From an uncultured Acidobacteriota bacterium (GTDB lineage: Bacteria > Acidobacteriota > Vicinamibacteria > Vicinamibacterales > 2-12-FULL-66-21), in NCBI GenBank assembly GCA_963764925.1, contig CAVXUR010000004.1, positions 425,478 through 489,477 of the forward strand: a DNA stretch of 64,000 bases, written 5' to 3'. How positions within the stretch are numbered: position 1 is the first letter of the stretch; each line of letters opens with the position of its first letter. Both the position numbers and the translations under genes were made by a program. The notes under the pieces are model-generated. The model did no database searches, was not told where the DNA came from, and saw nothing but the letters and a program-made list of their open reading frames with translations. Shown here one piece after another: positions 55,552 to 64,000 of the stretch.

Positions 55552-58178
55552 TCATCGCAACCCGGGCCTGACTTTGGCCGGCGGCGGCTGGCCACCGTCG
55601 ATGGCCTTCAGCAGAAGCTCCTGCGCCCGCTCGAAGCTCGGCGCAATCTCGAGCGCCGCGAGCGCCTCACGCTTCGCGTCAGCGGCCCGGTTCGCGAGCA
55701 GGTAGCTTTCGGCGAGGTCGCAGTGGGCAGTGGCGCGATCGGGCGGACCGGTCGCGAGCGCCATCTTGAACTCGCGGATCGCCACGGTGGCGTCGCGCGA
55801 TCGCATCGCCACGCTGGCCCAGTCCCGTGTGGCCGGGCGCGTCGAACGGATCGACCTCGACAATCCGATCGTAGGCAAAAGCGAGGTTGGGTTCGTCGTT
55901 GGCCGTCGCGGCGAGCTCGGCCAGCCGGCGCGCCGCGTCGATGGCGTTGTGATCGCTTGCGAGCAGGGCCCGGTACTCCTTGAGGGCACGCGCCTTGTCG
56001 CCCACCTGCTCGGCAAGGCGACCCATGATGGCGTGCGGGCTCTCGGCGCCGGTCGCCATCGGCACGAGCGCCGCTGCCTTCTCGAGCGGTTCGAAAGCGG
56101 CCTTGTCGCCCTGCTTGGCGAGCGCCGCGCCGAGCGTCAGCTGGGCGCGATAGCTGCCTGGCCGTTCCCCAGCCGCCGTCTTCAGGGCGGCAATGTCGCC
56201 GGTCTGCCGTTCGTCAGCAGGGCCGCCCGGTTTGGCCGGCTTCGCGACGTCGCGCAGCGCCGCCCGGACAGCGCTGAAGCGCGCGTCGAGCATCTTGTCG
56301 AACGTCGCCTGCAACTCGTCGAGCGAGATGCCAAGTCCCTTGCTGATCGCAGCGTCCCCCTCGGCACCCTCCCCATAGACGCGTACCAGCGTGTTGAGCG
56401 CCGCCTGTCCGCGCGTGGCGACGATGTGTTCGACGAGCAGCGACGCCTGGTAGTACGAGAGCGCGATGGTGTCCGGCTTGGTGAAGCCGGAATTCAGATC
56501 GCGGAGCTTGAGCACCTGATCGCGCTCGAGCGCCAGGGCGAATGGAACTTCCATCTCGCTGCCGCCACGAAGGCTTCTCGCGGCCCTCTTCGTAGACTGA
56601 AACACCTTCGGTCAGCCACCGCGGCACTCGCTGGTTCGACATCTGCAGCGTGATGACGTGGGCCAGTTCGTGCCAGAGCGTCGCCTGCCACGAGAACGTG
56701 CCGGGCGGCTTGGCTCTGGGCGAGTCCATGCTCACGACGCGGCCGAAGCAGGCGCCGAGCGCGCCGACAAGTCCAGGCAGACCGAGGTTGCGGACCGCGA
56801 AGTCATCGTGGATCGGGAAAATCTCGATGAGGATCGGCCCCTTCGGCGTGAACTGGTAGGTGGCCGACATTTTCTTCAGCGCTTCCTGAGCCAGCGGAAC
56901 CGCGTACTCGCGCAACACTCTCGTTTCGTTTGGATCGAACTTGAGCACGAGATCGCCGTCGCGGACGACGTCGAACTTCTCCAGCTTATCGAGCAGATCG
57001 AGCAGGTTGACGGTGACGCGGTCGAACGGGAAGACCTTGAACACTCGGTCGAGCACACGGCGGGCGTCGGCCTCGTCGCCGGTCCTCATCAGGTGCAGCC
57101 CCAGATCGCTTTGCGCGGGGACATTCGACGGAGAGAGTTCGATGGCGCGCCGTGTCAGCGCGACGGCCTCGTCGAAACGGTAGAGGCGCGCCGCGAGATC
57201 GCCGGCGACGCGATACACCTCGCCGAAGTTTGGGTTGATGGCGAGCACGCGCGCCGTCTCGGCGTCGAACGTCGCCTTGTCGTCGCGGACGTAGGCGATC
57301 GCGCCCAGAAGCGCCCTCGCGTCGAGATGCGACGGATTGGTCTTGAGGACGCGCTCGATCCGTTCGCGCGCCGCGTCGTAGCGGGTGTTGTCGAGGTCCA
57401 GCCCGGCGAGGAAGAGGTGCGCGTCCGCAAGGTCCGGGTCGATCTTGAGGGCTTCTTCGGCCGCAGCCGCGGCCATCGGAGGATTCTCGCCGGCAATCGT
57501 TTTTGCGACGCCAAGATGCGCCGGGGCCCAGTCTGCGGCGGCCTTGATGACGATCTGAAATGACTTCAGCGCTTCGGGCAGATTGTCGGTCTCGAGGAAC
57601 AACTCACCAAAGGCGGTCTCAGCCGCAGGATCACCGCTCCGCACGGCCGCCTTGTAGAGCGCCTCCGCGTCGCGAATCTGGTCGAGCGCCCGCGCCGCGC
57701 GGGCAGCACGAAAGAGCGATTCGGCGTCGCCGGTCTTCAGACCGCTCCCGAACACCCGGTTGAGATGCTCGGCCGCTGCGGTCTGGCGTCCGAAGTGGCT
57801 CTGCAGCAACAGTCCAAGCTCGAGCGCCGCCTCGCCCGTCGGGTTCGTCGTCGCACCGGCCTCGAGCAGCTTCAACGCCTCGTCGTAATTGCCGCGAGAC
57901 GCCTCAAGACTCGCCAGCACAGCCGCGCGGTCGGGATCGCCGGCCGGCCGCGCTTTGGCCAGCGCCTCGGCCTCCGTTCGCCGGCCTCTGGCCGACAACC
58001 GCCGCGCCTGCTGGATGAACGTCTCTGGCGCCTGAATGGCCGCAAGAGACGTTTCTGCGCCAAAAACAGCGCCGAGCGATAACGATACGCTCTCCCGCAC
58101 CGCGGGCACTGCCGCAAGTCCACAGACGAGCAGCACTGCCACCACCGACATCCGCCTCACACTTCGGAGGTGTCGCAT
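55552..58178 (-). CDS. TPR-repeat protein with central MA-clan (HExxH) peptidase-like domain (several frame changes)
   Basis: The N-terminus MRHLRSVRRMSVVAVLLVCGLAAV is followed by about 400 aa of TPR-like repeats. Then come ...IFPIHDDFAVRNLGLPGLVGALGACFGRVVSMDSP...TLWHELAHVITLQMSNQRVPRWLTEGVSVYEE (HExxH plus a downstream Glu). More TPR follows to the stop at 55552 (DATVAIREFKMALATGPPDRATAHCDLAESYLL). Confidence 0.75.
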
Positions 58179-58249
58179 CACACTGTTCGGATTATAGAAC
58201 ACGAGGCTTGATGGATCAGACGCGCTTCGCTCGACGATAGTCGGGCGGG

Positions 58250-58625
58250 CGAAACGGAGAGGACGGAGGTAACGGCACGATCTTCACCACGGAGCAACGG
58301 AGCTGAAATGAGCGGGAGACGCACGGAGGCTGTCACGCTGCATTCACGCTCAACCAGTTTTTCGCGCGAAGTCGCGTCGCTGAGAGGCAGTACATAGAGA
58401 CTGCTTGGACCGCGCGAAGCGCGGTTGGGATGATGCGAGGGACCGGGATCGCAAGCACCCGTGGTGCTTCAGAGGGTGTTTGCGATCCCGGTCCCTCGCA
58501 TCATCCCCACGCCGGCCAAAGGCCGGCGTCCAAGCGGTCTGCAGCTCGACAGCCTCCGTGCGTCTCCGTGCGCCCCGTGCCTCCGTGGTGAAAACCGTGA
58601 ACTCCGTCCGCTTCGTCAGCAGCTA
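58250..58625. repeat. Composite structured repeat, copy 2: nested-hairpin core flanked by inverted CACGGAG/CTCCGTG arrays
   Basis: The core is 58399..58539. The outer stem is gactgcttgga/tccaagcggtc. The hairpins are ccgcgc-gaa-gcgcgg and cgccggcc-aaa-ggccggcg, and there is a roughly 35-bp long stem gggatgatgcgagggaccgggatcgcaag.../...ttgcgatcccggtccctcgcatcatccc. The flanks gagacgcacggaggctgtc (58314..58334) and gacagcctccgtgcgtctc (58549..58567) are inverted. The orientation is opposite to copy 1. Confidence 0.7.
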
Positions 58626-58644
58626 TCGTCGCGAACGACAATCA

Positions 58645-60459
58645 CTAGCGTCTCAACTCGTACAGCCGAACCGGCGCACCCTGCCATCGCCCTGAGGCGA
58701 CGGCCCGAAATACCGGCAACGCGTCGACGGCCTTGAGAAGCTCGTCACACCCTCCTCGATAGAGCGCGCAGTTGATGCTCACGTGTGTTGCGCCGCGCGA
58801 GCGCAGCAGATCGACTGCTGACTGATCCGGAAAACTCTTCAGCGCGGTTTCGAACTCGACCTGCCCCGGCGGAGAGTGTCCACTGTAGCCGTTGAGCATC
58901 TGCCCCCAGTGCCAGAGCGAGAAGTACATGTAGGGCACGTTCGGCGTGAAACGGGTCGGGTTGCCGCCGAACGGAAACTCGGCGAGGACGACGTCGGGGG
59001 CGCCAGCGACGAGGCCGTAGATCGGCGGAGGCTCGAGCCACACGGGCTCGAGTCGAAGCAGCGGACGAAGGTCGAGCGCGATGACGACGATCAACGCCGC
59101 CAGGGCTCCGCGCTGCAGCCACGCCGATCGTCCCTGCAGAAGGCGACGGACGCCGAACCCCGCAAGCAGTGCCAACGAGAGCCCGACGAGAATGCTGGCT
59201 CGCGCCGGGACGCGCAGTCCACGAATGAACGGGAGAATCTCGTAGAGGTACGGATAGAGCAGGCCGTTGAACCCGCGCGACAGCTCGAACGCGACGAGGA
59301 GCGCGACGGCATAGGCTGCGCGGGTCACGCCGAGAGGCGGGACGAGCGCGACCGCCGCCAGCACGAGAATCATCACACCGGGAAAGAGTGCGCGCTCGGG
59401 CATCCGGCCAGGCAGCGTGCGCTCTCCCCACGTGGCGCTCCGCGGATGGGCACGAAGGTAGTCCGCGGCCGTCGCGCTGTAGTACGCGACGGTCGACGCG
59501 TCGCGATCGCCAAGCTTCGCGGAGCTGTAGGTGCGGACGAGCGGCAGCGCGAGCACGAGCGCGAGACAGCCGGCGAGCGCGGCCGGGCCGAGCATGCGCG
59601 CGAGCGGCGCTCGCATCAGGACGCAGAGGACCGCAAAAAGCGCGGCAACATAGATCGTAAAAAAGACCGCGTAATACATCGAGCAGTAGAGCTGCGCGGC
59701 GGCAAGTACGCCAAACAGCACCGCGTCCCTGGTCCGCGCGTTCGTGGCAAACCGGTGGAGCGCAAGTAGCGCCAGCGGCATGCAGTACGTCATCTGCAGC
59801 TCGAAGTGGCTGTAGTGCTCGAAGCGATACGGATAGAAGCCAAAGAGAAGCCCACCCACGAACGCGCCCGCGCGCGATCCGGTCAGTCGCTCGACCAGGA
59901 GATACATCGCGAAGGCGGAAGCGATGAAGCTCAGCACCATGACCAGGTTGTAGGCCGTCACCGGATGCATCCCGACGAGCAGAAAGGGAGCGGTCGTCAG
60001 CGCCGGCAGGAGCATGGAATCCGAGTAGGTCAGCGTCAGCTGGTGCGGATGGAAGATGTTGGGGCTGAAGAGCGGCCGCGGATCGCCGCCAAGCTTGTGA
60101 TACACCCACCCGAATCGCCAGATGGAAAACAGCGGATCGCCGAGGTCCGGCACCGAGTCCATGTGGCGCAGCTGCGGCAACAGCAGGACGACGGCAAAGG
60201 CGCTGAAGCCGATGGCCGCGGCCAATCGGGGCCGCCATCGTGAACGTGACACGGGTGGCGTGACGTCGGCGGCGACGGCATCCCGAACCGGGTCGTAGAC
60301 CCAGTCGCGGAGTTGGCGGTAGAGGCGCGGCGCGTTCGCAAGCGGCCGGGTCCGCCGATCGATCGCGACGCGGAGACGACGACGGCGAGCGCGGCGAGCG
60401 CGGCGCGGTCCGGGCTGCGCGCCGTCAGCCGGCTGCCGCCGACCGGACGGAGATGCCAC
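58645..60459 (-). CDS. Polytopic membrane protein, GT-C-fold glycosyltransferase-like (PMT_2/YfhO-like)
   Basis: This is an intact 604-aa ORF with more than 10 predicted TM helices. It has an early DPLFSIWRFGWVYHKL loop and FGFYPYRFEHYSHFELQ, with a soluble C-terminal domain of about 130 aa. The family call comes from overall architecture only. Confidence 0.6.
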   Translation of the reverse strand: MASPSGRRQPADGAQPGPRRARRARRRRLRVAIDRRTRPLANAPRLYRQLRDWVYDPVRDAVAADVTPPVSRSRWRPRLAAAIGFSAFAVVLLLPQLRHMDSVPDLGDPLFSIWRFGWVYHKLGGDPRPLFSPNIFHPHQLTLTYSDSMLLPALTTAPFLLVGMHPVTAYNLVMVLSFIASAFAMYLLVERLTGSRAGAFVGGLLFGFYPYRFEHYSHFELQMTYCMPLALLALHRFATNARTRDAVLFGVLAAAQLYCSMYYAVFFTIYVAALFAVLCVLMRAPLARMLGPAALAGCLALVLALPLVRTYSSAKLGDRDASTVAYYSATAADYLRAHPRSATWGERTLPGRMPERALFPGVMILVLAAVALVPPLGVTRAAYAVALLVAFELSRGFNGLLYPYLYEILPFIRGLRVPARASILVGLSLALLAGFGVRRLLQGRSAWLQRGALAALIVVIALDLRPLLRLEPVWLEPPPIYGLVAGAPDVVLAEFPFGGNPTRFTPNVPYMYFSLWHWGQMLNGYSGHSPPGQVEFETALKSFPDQSAVDLLRSRGATHVSINCALYRGGCDELLKAVDALPVFRAVASGRWQGAPVRLYELRR

Positions 60460-60609
60460 CGGTCCAGGCGATCGCCACGGCCAGGATGACGAGCGCCAGC
60501 GTCAGCCAGTCGAGAGCGGTCGTCGCGCGGGATCGCTGCACTTTGATATGCGCTGGGATATGAGCTGGGATTAAGCCGGAATCAAAACAGGATTGAACCG
60601 ACCGAGATT

Positions 60610-61131
60610 CTATCGTGATCGCAGACCGAGCGCCCGCTCCTCGACGCGCACGCGCGCGACGAGCAGCGCGCCAAACGCGGCGAGCGACAGCGCGCCAGCC
60701 ACCGGCGCTCGCGCGAGCAGCGCAAACCCGACGAGCTCGCCAACGACGGCGACGTAGTTGGGATGCCGCAGGAGGCGGTAGGGCCCGCGCAGCGTCCGCG
60801 CCGATCCAGGCGGCACGAGCACGCGAAACGTCCACCGGTCGCCGAGCGTCCCGATCGCCCAGTACTTCAGCGCTTTGGCGCTGATGAAGACCAGACCGCC
60901 GGCGAGAGCCGTCCAGCCGAAGCCGCGCCACGCACCCAGCGCCTCCACCACCATCGCCAGAAAGCAGAGCGGATAGGCGACCTGCATGAGCGCATAGACG
61001 TCGTCGGCCGGCTCGACCGCACCAGCGGCGCGCAACGCGCGCTCATTGGCCGCCGAGCGGCGAGCCTCAAGGAGCATCGGGACAAACCCGACGGCCAACA
61101 GGACTGCGATCGAAATTGGTTCAGGGTTCAT
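60610..61131 (-). CDS. Isoprenylcysteine carboxyl methyltransferase (ICMT/PEMT)-family membrane methyltransferase
   Basis: GLVFISAKALKYWAIGTLGDRWTFRVLVPPGSARTLRGPYRLLRHPNYVAVVGELVGFALL carries the RHPNY motif. The frame is intact. The first codons, ATG AAC CCT GAA CC, are repeat units. Confidence 0.85.
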   Translation of the reverse strand: MNPEPISIAVLLAVGFVPMLLEARRSAANERALRAAGAVEPADDVYALMQVAYPLCFLAMVVEALGAWRGFGWTALAGGLVFISAKALKYWAIGTLGDRWTFRVLVPPGSARTLRGPYRLLRHPNYVAVVGELVGFALLARAPVAGALSLAAFGALLVARVRVEERALGLRSR

Positions 61132-61281
61132 GGTTCAGGGTTCAGGGTTCAGGGTTCAAGCAGGTTCAAGGTTCAAGGTTCAGAGTTCACGGTCCAACGT
61201 TCTGAGAACCGCGACTCGGAACCTCCTGAACCCTGAACCTTGAACCTGAACCGTGAACCCTGAACCCTGAACCCTGAACCC
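61118..61281. repeat. Inverted pair of GGTTCAN / CCTGAAC arrays (GGTTCAG family, locus 4)
   Basis: The left arm is ggttcag ggttcat ggttcag ggttcag ggttcag ggttcaa ..ggttcaa ggttcaa ggttcag agttcac (61118..about 61202). The right arm is cctgaac cctgaac cttgaac ctgaac cgtgaac cctgaac cctgaac cctgaac (about 61225..61281). It fills the gap between the flavoprotein stop (61284) and the ICMT start (61131). Confidence 0.85.
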
Positions 61282-61283
61282 CG

Positions 61284-62409
61284 TTAAGCATCCCCCGCAT
61301 ACCGTATCGTCCGCTCGACCCACGCCGGCGCCCAGTCGGCGCCGCGCGACGCGACTCGCATCGCGAGCGGCGACCCGGCGAGTGCCCGCAGCGCGCGGTT
61401 GAAACGCCACTTCGATCGGAACGCCTGGCGACGCATGCGTTCGAGCTGGACGTGCGCATCCGCCCGGCCGTCCTCGAGTGCTGAGAGCGCGGCGTGCGCG
61501 GCCAGCTCGCCGCCACGAAGCGCGAAGTGCAACCCGTCGCCGGTCATCGGATCGATGAAGCCTGCGGCGTCGCCGGCGAGGAGCAGTCCCGGCGCCGCCG
61601 GAAGCGGCGGCCTCGACGGCGAGCGGGCCGAGGCAGACTGGCCGCGTGATCATTCTGGCCCCAGCGAAACGCTCGGCCAGCTGAGGGTCGGCGCGAAGCG
61701 TCTCGCACAACAACCGGGCAGGTGCGCGGAGCGCCGCGCGATCGGCGGTGACGACGCAGGCGTTGGTCACTCCGCCCGGCAGCGGCGCGATGCCGATGTA
61801 GCGCCCGTCTCGCAGATGCATCTCGCCAAAGCGGCAGGCGCTCTCGACGAAGGCGACGTCGTGAAAGTACGCCCCGACGGCCCATCGTCGCGGACGCCGC
61901 GCGTGCCGCGCGAGGCGGCGGGCACGGGCGAGGCGGGAAGCGGCGCCGTCCGCGGCAATCACCAGAGACGCGCGCAGCACCGTGGGGCGCGCAGCTCCGA
62001 CTGTCACTCCGGTCACGACTCCGCCCTCGACTGTGGGCGCCTGAACGAGGACGCCCTCGTCGACGGTGGCGCCCGCCGCGCGAGCGGAGGTCAAGAGCGT
62101 GTGATCGAGCGCGTGCCGCGAGATCATGCGACCTTGCCGGCCGCCGCCGTATCGACCCTCCAGGCGTGTCCCGGACTGGCTCGTCACGATCATTCCATCC
62201 ACAGGCAGTCCGCCATCGACGGCGTCCGCGAGGCCCAGACGAGCCAACAGATCGAGCGCGCCCGGGTTCACGGAGTCGCCACAGAGCTTGAAACGCGGAA
62301 ACCGCGCCCGATCGAGCACGCGCACTCGCGCCCCGGCGCGCGCCAGGACCAGCGCCGCAACAGCGCCGGCCGGACCGGCGCCAACGATGATGACATCGTG
62401 CTTGGACAC
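61284..62409 (-). CDS. Geranylgeranyl-reductase-family FAD-dependent oxidoreductase (one or more frame changes near 61550..61620)
   Basis: The GTG at 62409 opens (M)SKHDVIIVGAGPAGAVAALVLARAGARVRVLDR (Rossmann GxGxxG). Later motifs are FKLCGDSVNP, LVIAADGAASRLAR and HLRDGRYIGIAPLPGG. The C-terminal piece is MTGDGLHFALRGGELAA...-TAA (61284). Confidence 0.85.
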
Positions 62410-62579
62410 TACTCGTGGCTCGCGGCTCGCTGCTAGGGAGCTCCTGTCAGCATTAATCAGTACTCGCGGGGCCCCACCCCCGCTCGCTCTCGCGCGGCGA
62501 CTTCGCGCCGCGCTCAGACCGCAGGCGCTGCCGATAGCAATTCCGGAGACCATTCACCGCAATCTCGGCTCGCACACGC

Positions 62580-62648
<69 letters not shown>

Positions 62649-62658
<10 letters not shown>

Positions 62659-63917
62659 ACTCCCCCCAGCACGATCGCGCTGTTCTTTGATCCGAACCCG
62701 AGGCAGTTGCAAAGCGCGGCCGCCACGTCGCTCTTGCGGCCCACGTTGGGAATGACGTCGAGGTCACAGGCCGGGTCGGCCTCGGTCTGATTGATGGTCG
62801 GCGGCAGGTATCCGTGCCGCAAGGCGAGCGAGGCGGTCACGATCCCAGCCGCGCCGCTCGCACCCTGCGGGTGGCCGATCATCGACTTGGTCGACGAACC
62901 GGGTACGCGATCCGCGAGCGAGCCGAACACCTGGCGCACGCAGCGCGACTCGACCGCGTCATTGAGGACGGTCGAGGTTCCGTGGTAGTTCACGTAGCCG
63001 ATCTCTTCAAGCGGGCGGCCGGAACGCTCGATGGCGAGCCGCATGGCGCGGACGATCTGCGTACCGTCGGGATCCATCTGGACGCGGTGGTACGCATCGC
63101 AGGTGGAACCATAGCCGTCCACCGTCGCGTAGATCGAGGCGCCGCGCGCGCGGGCGCGGTCTTCGCGTTCCAGCACGATCATCCAGGCGCCCTCGCCAAG
63201 CACGAAGCCGTCACGCCCGGCGTCGAACGGGCGCGATGCGGCGGCCGGCATGTCGTTATACCGCGTCGACACGGCTCGCATCTTCGCAAACCCGAACATC
63301 ATGCCGGGAGTGACGCACGCATCGGCACCGCCCGAGAGGATCACGTCGGCCTCGCCGCTGCGGATGACCGCCGCCGCGTACGAAATCGCATCTGTGGAGC
63401 TCGTGCAGCCGGTCGACAGCACGTGGCTCATGCCATGCAGTTCAAGCGCAATGGAGATTTCGCTCGACAGCATGCCGACGATCGACACGGGAATGGCGTA
63501 GGGGGTGACGCGTTTCCAGCCGTCGGTAAAGAACTCGTAGTATTGCCGCTCGGCCACGTCGATTCCGCCGGCGCCGCTTCCGACAATCACTCCCGCATCC
63601 GGCTCGCCGGCGCGCAGCCCGGCGTCCGCCCAGGCCTCGGTCGCAGCGATCACGCCGATGAGCGACGCGCGCGAATATCGCCGCGGATCCGGCCGGCCGT
63701 TCCGTTCGGCGCGAGGCCCCTGGAACGCCAGCGCATCGTCCATCGACACCGGGGGCACCGGCGCGGCAACGGTGCAGCCGTAGAGTGACCCGTCGAAGTC
63801 GGTGATCGTTCGCGTCGCGCTGCAGCCATTCCTGACGTGCTGCCAGAACCGCTCGCGGCCCACCCCGTAGGGTGAGACCACTCCGATGCCCGTGATCGCA
63901 ACGGAAGGCGGTTTCAT
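62649..63917 (-). CDS. Beta-ketoacyl-ACP synthase II-like condensing enzyme (FabF/KS family)
   Basis: This is an intact 422-aa ORF. It has VAITGIGVVSPYGVGRERFW, the active-site Cys in VLSTGCTSSTDAI, the His pair in CDAYHRV and NYHGTSTVLND, and C-terminal CNCLGFGSKNSAIVL. Confidence 0.9.
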
Positions 63918-64000
63918 AATCGTGGCCGGCCCGGCCGTATTGGCCAGGCCCTCACTCCACTAGGCGTACGTGACATCTGGGTAGGTGTCATTCCTGTCCG

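Noticed and set aside
58745-60238. 497-aa alternative-frame ORF on the same strand as the GT-C gene
   Set aside because: It is Arg/Ala-rich and non-hydrophobic, whereas the 604-aa frame gives a coherent polytopic membrane protein.
60425-60539. 38-codon GTG ORF with a TM helix (..ALDWLTLALVILAVAIAWTGG..) overlapping the GT-C gene start
   Set aside because: It could be the true N-terminus of the GT-C protein displaced by an indel, or a chance ORF. It cannot be decided from the sequence alone, so I did not annotate it.

Overview
This is a 64-kb, high-GC bacterial chromosomal segment. The gene families (CarboxypepD_reg-type TonB receptors, CHAD, a DUF4159/DUF4175/MoxR cluster) suggest an Acidobacteriota-like soil organism, but that is inference only. 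I can support about 55 protein-coding genes or gene remnants. I recognised no rRNA, tRNA, CRISPR array, transposase or integrase.

Gene content by region:
- 1-33 kb is an unusually dense phosphate-economy region. It holds pstSCA with a PhoB-like regulator, a phytase-like gene, a metallophosphoesterase, two alkaline-phosphatase-superfamily genes and a TonB receptor translationally coupled to glpQ. These are followed by ppk1, CHAD-sixA, ppx, two tandem thymidylate-kinase-like paralogs and pstB-phoU. The region is interrupted by mgtE, an arsC-arsR-chrA module, glgC and a scar of gene fragments.
- 33-44 kb holds yacG, gltA, an M28 peptidase, a LeuA-like/FHA-GAF-PP2C operon, a metal ABC permease and binding protein with a porin-like OMP, and a rhomboid protease.
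- 44-58 kb is one eight-gene minus-strand operon: TPR/MA-peptidase, DUF4159, MoxR, DUF58, BatA-VWA, DUF4175, VWA, legumain-like protein.
- 58-64 kb holds a GT-C-like membrane protein, an ICMT-type methyltransferase, a GG-reductase-like flavoprotein and a KAS-II-like synthase.

Cross-cutting observations:
1. About half of the genes need one or more frame changes to be read. The three junctions I checked sit at short G/C runs, so these are probably consensus errors, but that is not proven.
2. Most larger intergenic spacers carry tandem 7-nt repeat arrays (sometimes 6- or 9-nt), usually as two mutually inverted arrays. The repeat unit differs from locus to locus. Two larger structured repeat families are also present.
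3. Direct-repeat boxes with exact 11-bp phasing (TTTACA-N5-TTTACA and CGTTAC-N5-CGTTAC types) precede several phosphate and polyphosphate genes.

Coordinates that I derived by hand rather than from the ORF track may be off by 1-2 nt.
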